From Candidatus Saccharimonadales bacterium (GTDB lineage Bacteria; Patescibacteriota; Saccharimonadia; Saccharimonadales; DATKHC01): a stretch of 64,000 nt of DNA. This document shows, in pieces, positions 1 to 9,104 of the stretch; positions within the stretch are counted from its first letter, which is position 1; every line of letters starts with the position of its first letter. Position numbers and translations under genes: made by a program. The DNA lies in the NCBI GenBank assembly GCA_038317055.1, contig JBBQBA010000001.1:344153-408152 (forward strand). Direction: 5' to 3'. Below the pieces are notes generated by a model that saw nothing but the letters and a program-made list of their open reading frames with translations, was not told the origin of the DNA and searched no databases.

Positions 1-661
1 TAGGGTTGCTTTTACCTTCTACTGCTAATTTTTTATAATATTGGGCTTGTTGTTGTTCTTGAGAACTTAAAATTTCGTTTATATGTTGAGCTTTAATGTT
101 ATTAGTTTCATAAATATCATCTTGGGCCGTTACTTCAACATTGGGTACCTCTGTAGGAATGGTTTCTGGATCAATTAATCTGTCTGAATCTCCCTGATTT
201 AACAAATAGGATGGTTGGCTATAGAGATTTACATTAACATTTTTTATTGCCCAACCTCGGGTATCGATTGTGTTTGCTAGGGCTTGAAGTCGGCTCCTAA
301 CTTCACCTTGGGTGTAGTTTTTGGTCAGTGATCGTTCAATTTTCTTTGGGATTGTAATTGTTACCAATTGATTAAAACCGTTTTGATTCCAAATTCTAAT
401 CCTTGGCTTAAGAAAATATCTTATTCTGGCTAACAGCCATATTTCATTTGGCTGATCTCGACCAAGCGGAGCCGCAAGTAAGCCAAAAAATACAATTACG
501 GGTACAAAAGGAATTATAAGAAAAGGACTTACATAAGCTAGTTTGTATGCAATAAAACCACTGACTACTACAACCACAGCATATATAAACTGCTTTAGGC
601 TCAATGGTCCAAGTAGTTTGTCGTCAGCTTCTATGTCTTGTAATACTTTATATGTTGCCAT
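1..661 (-). CDS. PrgI-family (VirB3-like) type IV secretion membrane protein; C-terminus cut by the window edge
   Basis: Not in the ORF track. My translation from ATG (complement of 661-659) reads MATYKVLQDIEADDKLLGPLSLKQFIYAVVVVVSGFIAYKLAYVSPFLIIPFVPVIVFFGLLAAP... The N-terminal YKV-QD-E-DK-GP motif plus a hydrophobic hairpin match what I recall of the PrgI family. The frame stays open to base 1. Confidence 0.6.
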   Translation of the reverse strand, partial: MATYKVLQDIEADDKLLGPLSLKQFIYAVVVVVSGFIAYKLAYVSPFLIIPFVPVIVFFGLLAAPLGRDQPNEIWLLARIRYFLKPRIRIWNQNGFNQLVTITIPKKIERSLTKNYTQGEVRSRLQALANTIDTRGWAIKNVNVNLYSQPSYLLNQGDSDRLIDPETIPTEVPNVEVTAQDDIYETNNIKAQHINEILSSQEQQQAQYYKKLAVEGKSNP

Positions 662-681
662 CTAATCTGTAACCTTATTTA

Positions 682-3513
682 TTATGCATCTATGTCTGCT
701 CGGCCACCACCACCAGTAGTATCATACGGATCATTTGATCTTTGTGGCGGAGCTTCAGCACGTCGTAGCATTCTACCTAAGCCTTCAGGATCTTGTTCTG
801 CAATATCTCTAATGATCTTCGAATTCGATGCAGAGCCATTAATCATATTATTAACATGTTGTTGATTTAATGGTGAGGCATAGCCCTTCTGGGTATCATA
901 TTGAGACATTTGCCCAACTGTTCTAATTGCATCATGTAATGCAGCTTCTCGATCTGCCTGTGGCTTTGAGGTGTCTTGCCAAGTAGAGATGCTTTTACCG
1001 AGGTGTTTACTTAAGGTCTCAGTGATGTTCTTAACTTGTTTTGGTTTGCCTCTAAGTGCGGTGACTGGATCAGCGGCTTGAGCAGCATCTAAGTTTGCCT
1101 GATCATAATCTCGTTCACCGGCATCCGCTGTTACTAATTTATTTAGAGACCCAAAACCAGGAGCTAAATCGTATCTACCAACTTCTTTAGCTCTTGAGTT
1201 GGCAAATCCAGCCAAACTTGTTTTGGTTGACATATTGCCTTTGGCAGATCGGTCTAGGGTTTCAGTCATATCCTTCATATCTTCATATCCAGTGCCGGTG
1301 GTAACCAGTTGTTGTGCGGCAGCATAGGACGCACCCTTTTCACCAGCTCCCCATCCAAATCCAGCTGCTTGCCATGATCTAATTGCATCATTAACCCGAC
1401 CAGGAACTTTATCGGGATCAGTACCATCAGCATTATATCTTGAAGTTAAGGCTGCTCTAGCTTCAGCTGCTGAACCATATGTTCCAGCCCTTAGTGCCTC
1501 TTCATGGTTAGCTATAGCCTGGAAGTTTTCACTCTTCATTATTTCCGCACCACGCTTTATGGTGGTTTGGTTATCTGCTGAATTACCTCGAACACCTAAG
1601 CCGAAACTTCCACCAAATCCCTGTCCAACTCCTCTAGATACTGTGTTTAGTCGGTTAGACAGTCTATTTGAACCTGGTATGTAATCTCTTCCGTGAAACC
1701 TTTCACCTTGCTTGAGGGCCGCTGCATTCTGACTAAGTTTGTTTCTTCTAAATTGGCCAAGAGGTTTGTTGATACTTCTTTGAAGTCCGCCCACCATACC
1801 GCCAACATTTGATAGTATGCCACCGGCCATCCTAAATGTCAGAGGTATAAGAAAATATGGTCCAAAGTAGGCAACCATAGCAGTAACTTGTTGTACTGCT
1901 CCAGCTCCTTGTACGTTAGGGCCGGTTGCGGAAAGCGCAAACACACGTCCAATTGCAATAAAACCAGCAATTATTGGGAACATTATTAGTGCTTTACTAA
2001 AATTCTCCCACCAGAACTTCCATACTTTCTGTGTTCCGGGTAGGATAAAACAAGCAATCGCAATAGGTGCAAAAATGGCCATGAAAACGATGAATATCTG
2101 TCTGAATGTTAGTAGAGCAAAACCAATAATTACTGCTAGGGCTGCCGTTAACGCAAAGCTAAGTAGTCCAATTAATCCCAGTCCAAGTAAACTAACGCCA
2201 CTAATGATTGCAAGAGCCGAAGAACCTGTCTGATTAATTGTAATACCACCATTTTTAGCTAAACCTACAAATGGCGCATAAATTAGATATCTTATCCCAA
2301 CGCCCAGATCATTTGAAATCTGAACCATTAACTGAACAAGCTCCCAAGACAATGCAATTCCTATAACAGCAATTATCATTCTTGGGAGTACTTTTTTAAT
2401 CGTATATGCATCAAAGACTTCGAAACCAAGAGCTTGAGAAATGACCATAATTAAAGCAGCTATTACAACAATACCAATAGCTATAGTTCTTAAGTTCTGC
2501 CAAGCCAGGTAATAGCCTTCTGATTCGGGGTTACCGTTACCGCTACAAGACTGGCCGTTGGCTGGAATAGTATTTATGTTATTTGGTGAGCTTGTTGGAT
2601 TAAAATACTGACAACCATTTATATCTAAAAGCGACGTAATTTGAGTATCCAAATAACCAACCATTGCGTTTGCCGCATCTACTATCGGACAAATTAACCA
2701 TGTAAGTGGATTCAGATCGACATTACATGTTAGGCCAATTGTTGCTGTTTGTTGGGCTGTAGATGTTGAAGTAGGGCCAGATGAAGACGTAACTGCCGTA
2801 GCTGTACCAGCACCAGCGCCACTTCCTGCAGTACATGCGGCTTTATCTGCACCAGTATAGTTGTTACATGCTGTGGTTGCGGCACCATCTCTTGACGCGC
2901 CATTCCAACCATTTACACAAGCTTTAAATTGCGAGTTAGTTGTGAACTTAAGATTTGTACAGGCCACGCCAGCGGTTGATGCGGCCGCTGAAGCGTTATA
3001 ACCTGTTTTACAAGCTTCAACTATCACTGCTCCGTTATTTACGTTCGCAGCCTGAATATTTTTACAATAATCGCTTCCTTGGCCTTGTTCACCAAGCGTA
3101 AAAGCATAGTTACATGCTATAAATGAACCATTCTGGTTGTTGCCGATAAAAGATGCATTATACGGGTTGTTGCTGTATTTAGCACATGCAGAATTTCCTG
3201 CATTATTTGTGTTCAGACCAGCAGCGGCTCCGGCTTTAACACCAGCTAAACATGAGTCATAGTTTGGGCCAGCCTGACCCAGGCCACCACAATTACCAAG
3301 TCCACCACCATTTGGCCTTGCTAAACCTTCAGCGTAACCGGTTTCACAAGGTGTAAGTAGGGCACCAGTTTTGCCTAGGTTTATGCAAGTTATACTCGCT
3401 GCGTCGTTTGCAGCTGCTGAAGCATTCCCCTGAACAACACCGGACAAAACAATAGTTACTAAAACAACAAGAGATATACCCGCAAAAACTGACTTTAGTT
3501 TTGATAAATGCAT
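682..3513 (-). CDS. VirB6/TrbL-like polytopic type IV secretion membrane protein with a Cys-rich ectodomain and a long C-terminal tail
   Basis: 943-aa ORF with a signal-like N-terminus, a ~200-aa Cys/Ala/Gly-rich region and an S/T linker. A block of hydrophobic helices (about aa 340-600) is followed by a ~370-aa polar tail. It lies directly upstream of the PrgI-like gene on the same strand. Confidence 0.5.
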   Translation of the reverse strand: MHLSKLKSVFAGISLVVLVTIVLSGVVQGNASAAANDAASITCINLGKTGALLTPCETGYAEGLARPNGGGLGNCGGLGQAGPNYDSCLAGVKAGAAAGLNTNNAGNSACAKYSNNPYNASFIGNNQNGSFIACNYAFTLGEQGQGSDYCKNIQAANVNNGAVIVEACKTGYNASAAASTAGVACTNLKFTTNSQFKACVNGWNGASRDGAATTACNNYTGADKAACTAGSGAGAGTATAVTSSSGPTSTSTAQQTATIGLTCNVDLNPLTWLICPIVDAANAMVGYLDTQITSLLDINGCQYFNPTSSPNNINTIPANGQSCSGNGNPESEGYYLAWQNLRTIAIGIVVIAALIMVISQALGFEVFDAYTIKKVLPRMIIAVIGIALSWELVQLMVQISNDLGVGIRYLIYAPFVGLAKNGGITINQTGSSALAIISGVSLLGLGLIGLLSFALTAALAVIIGFALLTFRQIFIVFMAIFAPIAIACFILPGTQKVWKFWWENFSKALIMFPIIAGFIAIGRVFALSATGPNVQGAGAVQQVTAMVAYFGPYFLIPLTFRMAGGILSNVGGMVGGLQRSINKPLGQFRRNKLSQNAAALKQGERFHGRDYIPGSNRLSNRLNTVSRGVGQGFGGSFGLGVRGNSADNQTTIKRGAEIMKSENFQAIANHEEALRAGTYGSAAEARAALTSRYNADGTDPDKVPGRVNDAIRSWQAAGFGWGAGEKGASYAAAQQLVTTGTGYEDMKDMTETLDRSAKGNMSTKTSLAGFANSRAKEVGRYDLAPGFGSLNKLVTADAGERDYDQANLDAAQAADPVTALRGKPKQVKNITETLSKHLGKSISTWQDTSKPQADREAALHDAIRTVGQMSQYDTQKGYASPLNQQHVNNMINGSASNSKIIRDIAEQDPEGLGRMLRRAEAPPQRSNDPYDTTGGGGRADIDA

Positions 3514-3765
3514 TTAACTAGATTTTATACCAAAATCGCAATAACCATAAGCCCTACTTGATGAAACAGCACAATAAAAGTATAATATCGGGGATAGAAC
3601 TTCATTCAAAAAAATCGAAAATATAATAAAATGAAATTAACAAAAACCATAAGATATTATCGGCAAAAACAGATTGAATCAACCTTTATATGTGACTGTT
3701 TGTCGTGCTTATGTCAGGACTGCACTAACTGTTATTTTATTAGATCTAAGGTTATAGTATAAAAA

Positions 3766-4554
3766 ATGCACATCTTAAAAATCGCTAAAACCAATCAAAT
3801 CTTAAATAAAAAAACTTTTAAATATTTTTTCATATTTCTTTTTCTTACAGTCTTAATTACTTCAGGTATTAAAAGTGCAAGTTATGCCGATACCCCCGTG
3901 GGTCAAGCTTATTGCTATCTTTCCCAGACTGGCATAACCTACGTTTGCGGACCTGGACCTCAAAAAGCACTTATAGGTGGTTATAGTGGAACTATTACAT
4001 CAGATCAACAATGGGGAAATGTATGTACGACACTGCCGATACAAGGTACTGACGGCAAAATAATTCCAGCCGGAGGATGTAACAGCAGTGGTGATAGTCC
4101 TCTTTCTCAATTCTCAAATGGAACTTGTTATATAGAAGGTGTAAATTCAAGCGGTAATGACGTTTGGATTGCCCAAAAAGACTGTACTTCCGCAAATTTT
4201 TCAAATATTGCTCCAGCCACAACCAATATGCCGACGGATATTACAAACTGGACCCAGGACACGGCAGTCGGAAGCTGTGGACTAAACACTAACTCAGGAA
4301 GTGGTTCGGGCACATGTGACCTGGTTCAAAAATATATAAACCCTACTATTGATTTTCTAGCAGCGGCAGTCGGAATTATTTGTGTAATATCAGTTGTACT
4401 TGGAGGTATCCAATATTCTGCATCAGCCGACAATCCGCAAGCATCCGCAGCAGCTAAGAAACGAATTGCTAATGCAGTACTAGCCGCAGTTGTTTTCCTT
4501 TTTCTTTGGGGCTTCCTTCAATTTATCGTACCAGGAGGGTTACTGAATGGTTAG
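3766..4554 (+). CDS. pilin-like T4SS/conjugal-transfer protein (VirB2/TrbC-like), paralog 1 of 6, with a large Cys-rich ectodomain
   Basis: 262 aa with an N-terminal signal/TM and 8 Cys in the ectodomain. The C-terminal two-helix hairpin AAAVGIICVISVVLGGIQYSASADNPQASAAAKKRIANAVLAAVVFLFLWGFLQFI is shared with the five following genes. Confidence 0.55.
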   Translation: MHILKIAKTNQILNKKTFKYFFIFLFLTVLITSGIKSASYADTPVGQAYCYLSQTGITYVCGPGPQKALIGGYSGTITSDQQWGNVCTTLPIQGTDGKIIPAGGCNSSGDSPLSQFSNGTCYIEGVNSSGNDVWIAQKDCTSANFSNIAPATTNMPTDITNWTQDTAVGSCGLNTNSGSGSGTCDLVQKYINPTIDFLAAAVGIICVISVVLGGIQYSASADNPQASAAAKKRIANAVLAAVVFLFLWGFLQFIVPGGLLNG

Positions 4555-4584
4555 GATTATACGAACTAAATATAAAGGAATGAA

Positions 4585-5004
4585 ATGTTACCGATAATAT
4601 CAAGTCATATATTTAATATATTTAGTGCTACAGTTGATACTTCGTGTAACCCTGACAAAACTTTTTTTGGACTTCCCACATGGTATAAGTACATAAACGT
4701 TAGTACCAATACAGACAAAACATGCAATTTTTCAAAATTTACTTTTTTTACACCACAGCACGTTTTTGCTCCGGGTAATATTTTTCTAATTCTACTTGCA
4801 ATATTAGACGACTTATTAATTATTGCTGGTGTTGTTGCAGTAGTTTTTGTAATCTACGGAGCAGTACAATTTATTATTGGTCAAGGAGAACCCGAGAGAA
4901 TAAAACACGCTCAAGGAACTATTCTAAATGCAGTAATTGGGCTAGTAATAGCAATTATTGCCGCCGCACTTGTAAACTTCCTTGGTAACTCACTAGCAGG
5001 TTAA
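4585..5004 (+). CDS. pilin-like T4SS protein (VirB2/TrbC-like), paralog 2
   Basis: 139 aa. Contains FFGLPTWYKYI and the C-terminal hairpin AGVVAVVFVIYGAVQFIIGQGEPERIKHAQGTILNAVIGLVIAIIAAALVNFL. An AAAGGAA RBS lies upstream. Confidence 0.6.
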   Translation: MLPIISSHIFNIFSATVDTSCNPDKTFFGLPTWYKYINVSTNTDKTCNFSKFTFFTPQHVFAPGNIFLILLAILDDLLIIAGVVAVVFVIYGAVQFIIGQGEPERIKHAQGTILNAVIGLVIAIIAAALVNFLGNSLAG

Positions 5005-5013
5005 AATAGATAT

Positions 5014-5361
5014 ATGAAAATATTGACACTTTCAACTAAATTTAAAATAGTAATTATTCCAATGGCCTTTGTATTAATTGCCAAAAGTTATGTAAGTGCT
5101 CAGACTCCAATATCGGTTCAAACTTTGCCTCAAGTTAATACTGATAATTCTGAGTTTAAAATAATATTAAATATATTTTTCGGATTAATTGGTTCGATTG
5201 CTTTACTCGTTATTGTAATAGCGGGTTTTAGATATATTGTTTCAAGGGGCGAACCCCAGGAAATCGCGCGGGCTAAAAATACAATTATTTATGCGATCGT
5301 TGGATTAGTAATTGCAATATTGGCGTTTTCAATTGTTAATTTTGTTGTAGGAAACCTATGA
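5014..5361 (+). CDS. pilin-like T4SS protein, paralog 3
   Basis: 115 aa with a signal peptide. C-terminal hairpin: IALLVIVIAGFRYIVSRGEPQEIARAKNTIIYAIVGLVIAILAFSIVNFV. Confidence 0.6.
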   Translation: MKILTLSTKFKIVIIPMAFVLIAKSYVSAQTPISVQTLPQVNTDNSEFKIILNIFFGLIGSIALLVIVIAGFRYIVSRGEPQEIARAKNTIIYAIVGLVIAILAFSIVNFVVGNL

Positions 5362-5786
5362 CCATATTCAATTCACTTACTAAAAAAATTATTGTAAGCC
5401 TGGGTTTTTTGCTGAGTTTTTCATTTTTAATACCTATTACAGTTCATGCATCCCCCTATAATGCTTTTTGTTCAAACGGACAAATATCTCCAAACTCTGG
5501 CAGGGGTCTAGCCGGTGCTAACGCACTTTGTAAAGACAATCCTAGCTCCAATCCTCTTTATGGCCCAAGTGGAATAATAGACAAGGTGATAAACATAGTG
5601 ACTATTGTCGCTGGAGTAGCTGCAATAATTATGATCATAATAGCTGGACTTCAATTTGTACTGGCTAACGGGGATTCCAAAAGGGTAGAATCTGCTAGAA
5701 ACACAATTATATTTACCGTAGTTGGCTTAGTGGTTATCGTTTTAGCAAGATTTATTATAGAATTTGTAGTGAGTAAGATCGGTTAG
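5358..5786 (+). CDS. pilin-like T4SS protein, paralog 4
   Basis: 142 aa; ATGA overlap with paralog 3. Has a signal peptide and a Cys pair (CSNGQ...LC). Hairpin: VAGVAAIIMIIIAGLQFVLANGDSKRVESARNTIIFTVVGLVVIVLARFIIEFV. Confidence 0.6.
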   Translation: MTIFNSLTKKIIVSLGFLLSFSFLIPITVHASPYNAFCSNGQISPNSGRGLAGANALCKDNPSSNPLYGPSGIIDKVINIVTIVAGVAAIIMIIIAGLQFVLANGDSKRVESARNTIIFTVVGLVVIVLARFIIEFVVSKIG

Positions 5787-5789
5787 ATT

Positions 5790-6200
5790 ATGATTAAACA
5801 AATTACCCAAATACTACTAATTATTGCAGCACCCCTACTTATTGGGCTCTCGAGCAGTCCTAGTGCGGTTTTCGCTGACAGTGCAACAACTGGAGCATCT
5901 AACCTAGTATGTCAAGGCATAGGTACTGCAAGTGGTACGGGCGGCTGTTCGGCTGATCACGGTGCAACTAGTATTAACAGCGTTATCGCTGAAGTCGTAA
6001 ATATCCTTACTATTATTGTCGGAATTGCAGCGGTAATAATGATCGTAGTGGCTGGTTTTAGATTTGTGGTCTCTGGTGGAGACTCAGCAAATGTCGCGTC
6101 TGCTAAAAACAGCATTATTTATGTAGTAGTAGGATTAGTAGTGGTAGCACTTGCCCAAATAATAGTTCATTTTGTATTATTTAACGTCTCTAAAACATAA
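5790..6200 (+). CDS. pilin-like T4SS protein, paralog 5
   Basis: 136 aa with a signal peptide and a Cys pair (CQGIGTASGTGGC). Hairpin: IVGIAAVIMIVVAGFRFVVSGGDSANVASAKNSIIYVVVGLVVVALAQIIVHFVL. Confidence 0.6.
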   Translation: MIKQITQILLIIAAPLLIGLSSSPSAVFADSATTGASNLVCQGIGTASGTGGCSADHGATSINSVIAEVVNILTIIVGIAAVIMIVVAGFRFVVSGGDSANVASAKNSIIYVVVGLVVVALAQIIVHFVLFNVSKT

Positions 6201-6279
6201 ATACATAAGAGGTTTACTTGATGCAAATAACTCGCTATGATATAAGTAAATACAATTTCCTAAGAAAGGTAATAAATAA

Positions 6280-6693
6280 ATGATAAAAAGATTAAAAACT
6301 TTACTAATGACGCTTACTATGTCCGGTCTTATATTTCTGCCTGCCATAATTCCAGCCGGTGTTCATGCAGCTTCAAATAGTACTGGTCAATTATGTACTG
6401 GAGCAGGTCTAAAAGTTCAAGGCAGTACAACTTGTTCTAATACAAGCAATGCTATAAATGGCATTATCAAGTGGGTTCTAGACATTTTCTCAGTGATTGT
6501 TGGTATCGCAGCGGTAATTATGATCGTAGTTGGTGGTCTTAAATACACTATCTCTGGTGGAGATTCGGCTAGAGTAACAGGGGCAAAGGACACAATTCTA
6601 TTCGCAATTGTTGGTCTGGTAGTCGTTGCACTGGCGCAGATTATAGTCCACTTTGTATTATCCAACGTGCAAACAGTTGCCAACGGCAGTTAA
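6280..6693 (+). CDS. pilin-like T4SS protein, paralog 6
   Basis: 137 aa with a signal peptide and a Cys pair (CTGAGLKVQGSTTC). The hairpin is nearly identical to paralog 5: IVGIAAVIMIVVGGLKYTISGGDSARVTGAKDTILFAIVGLVVVALAQIIVHFVL. Confidence 0.6.
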   Translation: MIKRLKTLLMTLTMSGLIFLPAIIPAGVHAASNSTGQLCTGAGLKVQGSTTCSNTSNAINGIIKWVLDIFSVIVGIAAVIMIVVGGLKYTISGGDSARVTGAKDTILFAIVGLVVVALAQIIVHFVLSNVQTVANGS

Positions 6694-6711
6694 ATAAATT
6701 AGTTACGGGAT

Positions 6712-6741
6712 AAAAAAAACGCTCCGAATTGGAGCGTTTTT
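6712..6741. terminator. bidirectional rho-independent terminator between convergent genes
   Basis: AAAAAAAACGCTCC-GAATT-GGAGCGTTTTT: a GC-rich stem flanked by an A-run and a T-run. It sits between the pilin paralog 6 stop (6693) and the hsp20 stop (6762). Confidence 0.75.
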
Positions 6742-6761
6742 AATTATTCAAGTAAATAGTT

Positions 6762-7247
6762 CTAGAGTACTTGGATCTTCTTAACAGTTTCTTGCTTAAC
6801 TTTGGTAAAACTAATAGTCAAAACACCATCTTTTAGAACCGCTTCAACTTCATCTTCTTTTACTGGCACGGGTAGTGCAATGCTTCGAGAAAATTCTCCC
6901 CAATAACATTCTTGTACAAAGTAATTTTCAACGTCTTCTTCGTTACCCGCAGATAAAGTACCTCTTATGCTAAGTGTATTATCGGCAATACTAATGTCTA
7001 GATCGCCCTTATTTACACCTGCAGTACGAGCTTTCACTACTAATTTCTCTCGAGTTTCATATACATCAACCGCTAATTGACCGGGGACCATTCCATCGTC
7101 TTCTTCCCACTCTTCAGCTACAGTTGCTGTGCCTTGGTCTTGTTCGGCTACTGGTGGATTTAGGTCTTCATCACCAAGGAAAGCGGCGGTTAATTCGTCT
7201 TCCTCCATCAGTAAATCGTCATTATCATGACTCTTTCGTGCCATCAT
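6762..7247 (-). CDS. Hsp20/alpha-crystallin family small heat-shock protein
   Basis: 161 aa. The alpha-crystallin domain reads LAVDVYETREKLVVKARTAGVNKGDLDISIADNTLSIRG...GEFSRSIALPVPVKEDEVEAVLKDGVLTISFTK. A GGAGGG RBS lies upstream. Confidence 0.85.
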   Translation of the reverse strand: MMARKSHDNDDLLMEEDELTAAFLGDEDLNPPVAEQDQGTATVAEEWEEDDGMVPGQLAVDVYETREKLVVKARTAGVNKGDLDISIADNTLSIRGTLSAGNEEDVENYFVQECYWGEFSRSIALPVPVKEDEVEAVLKDGVLTISFTKVKQETVKKIQVL

Positions 7248-7474
7248 TGTTACCCTCCGCTAAGCGTGAATTAATTTTATAACGATTTGCAATTTTTGTT
7301 ACTGTTCAGTATAGCTTATTAATTTCCATGAAAGCAACAAGCTAAGGTTTATTTACAACACAATACTTACAACAACCACGGTTTTTAGATGTACTGATTG
7401 GCCAATTCACTAGGTATGTTAAGCAATAATTATACATATTTCTATTTATAAGTAAGGACGCTATAGTTATCACA

Positions 7475-8716
7475 GTGAGTCTCTTAGACATAAACCTTCA
7501 TACGCGAAATAATTACAAAAAAATTATTATTTTCACGATACCGCTTTCACTTTTTCTTGTGGTAATAATATCTAATTTTGTATCTGGTGAAAGTCAGCAA
7601 TTTGCAGAGCTCTCAAGAGCTTTTCTGCATGGACAATTAAATTTTCTATCCCCGATAGGAACTTATGGACAAGACCCGATATTCTATCACGGTAAGATAT
7701 TCTTCGGTGATGGTCCCTTTCCGGCTATCTTATTGATGCCTTTCATGGCTGTATTTAACTTGTTTCACGCCTATTTTTATCAAGGGCACTTACAGTGGCT
7801 TCTTGTGTTAGGGGTTCTATATTTCGTCTATAAACTGGCCAGAAAGTTAACTTATTCGCCAGAAGATAGTCTAATTCTTGCGCTTGGTTTTACTATTGGT
7901 AGTGCTTTTCTTGGAGTAGCAGCTGTACCAAGTAGCTGGTTATTTGCTCAAGTGGTAACTGTATTCTTGTTATTTTGGAGCTTGTACGAATATTATTACC
8001 AACGGCGTTGGTGGTTGATCGGAATAATCTGCGGGCTAACATTATTGACCCGAGTTACTGCACTTCCGATAATTTTATTTTTTGCGCTTGAGTTATGGCA
8101 AATTACTGATAAAACCAAAAAACAAAAACCAATAAAATATATCCAACTATTCTCACCAGTCATATTCGGATTTATTCTACTTGGTCTGTATAACTTTCTA
8201 CGTTTTCATAATCCATTTAACGGAGGTTACAGTCATCAGCTACAATTCTCAGATTCAATTGAATCAAAATCTCTAGGTACATTTAGCTTGATCCATATAC
8301 CGACAAATTTCTTTTCGGCTGTACTTAGCGCCCCGCTTACTGTGGCCCGAGATCATACTTCGTGGACCTTAAGATTTCCTTATGTAACAAGTAATCCAAA
8401 TGGCATTAGTATCTTTATTACATCAGCCTATTTATTAAACTTGTTTACTCATAAATGGTCGTCTTTTGATAAGCGAGCCAGAAACCTACTTGTAGCAATA
8501 TTAGCGAGTGCATTTATGGTTCTATCTTTTTACGGTATAGGCAAAGACCAATACGGTTATCGATATTCACTAGATTTTCTCCCCGTACTATTTCTTCTTT
8601 TCATGATTATGTATAAAAAGAATCACAAAAGCTTAACAAGAGGAATGAAGTTACTGCTTCTTGGATCGATTATTATAAATTTTTACTTAGCTTGGTCGTT
8701 CTTGTTTCCTAATTAA
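7475..8716 (+). CDS. polytopic membrane glycosyltransferase-like protein (GT39/ArnT-like fold); family assignment tentative
   Basis: 413 aa with a GTG start and about 11 hydrophobic helices. Its general layout resembles lipid-linked-sugar glycosyltransferases, but I recognise no diagnostic motif with certainty. Confidence 0.4.
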   Translation: MSLLDINLHTRNNYKKIIIFTIPLSLFLVVIISNFVSGESQQFAELSRAFLHGQLNFLSPIGTYGQDPIFYHGKIFFGDGPFPAILLMPFMAVFNLFHAYFYQGHLQWLLVLGVLYFVYKLARKLTYSPEDSLILALGFTIGSAFLGVAAVPSSWLFAQVVTVFLLFWSLYEYYYQRRWWLIGIICGLTLLTRVTALPIILFFALELWQITDKTKKQKPIKYIQLFSPVIFGFILLGLYNFLRFHNPFNGGYSHQLQFSDSIESKSLGTFSLIHIPTNFFSAVLSAPLTVARDHTSWTLRFPYVTSNPNGISIFITSAYLLNLFTHKWSSFDKRARNLLVAILASAFMVLSFYGIGKDQYGYRYSLDFLPVLFLLFMIMYKKNHKSLTRGMKLLLLGSIIINFYLAWSFLFPN

Positions 8717-8793
8717 AACTATCTTCAAATATACAAAAAAAGAGCTAGCAATTAAACTAACTCATTTAATGGATTCATAATGAAGCGAAATAT

Positions 8794-8883
8794 TGGCGGA
8801 AGGGGTGGGATTCGAACCCACGGAACCCTTGCGGGCTCAATAGTTTTCAAGACTATCACCATCGACCACTCGGTCACCCTTCC
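8794..8883 (-). tRNA. tRNA-Ser (anticodon UGA), CCA encoded
   Basis: Reverse complement: GGAAGGGTGACCGAGTGGTCGATGGTGATAGTCTTGAAAACTAT...GGGTTCGAATCCCACCCCTTCCGCCA. The anticodon stem ATAGT/ACTAT encloses loop CTTGAAA, and there is a long variable arm. Confidence 0.9.
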
Positions 8884-8897
8884 ATAAGGTGTTACTT

Positions 8898-8990
8898 TGG
8901 CGGAGAGAGAGGGATTCGAACCCTCGCGGGGAGTTTCCTCCCCCTAGCAATTTAGCAAACTGCCCCCTTCAACCACTTGGGTACCTCTCC
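8898..8990 (-). tRNA. tRNA-Ser (anticodon GCU), CCA encoded
   Basis: Reverse complement: GGAGAGGTACCCAAGTGGTTGAAGGGGGCAGTTTGCTAAATTGC...GAGGGTTCGAATCCCTCTCTCTCCGCCA. Anticodon loop TTGCTAA, with a long variable arm. Confidence 0.9.
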
Positions 8991-9104
8991 GTAACAGATT
9001 GTAATTATACCAAAACATCTTAAATTCAACGATTATAAGATGATTTTAATATAAGCTTAGCAAACTTTTACTCTATTCTATAAGACATAAACAACTAATA
9101 TTTC

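Noticed and set aside
2730-6683. Antisense or nested ORFs inside the VirB6-like and pilin genes (2730-2912, 3995-4222, 4128-4313, 6417-6683)
   Set aside because: Each lies wholly within a longer ORF that has clear family features. They have no RBS, and their translations are compositionally odd.
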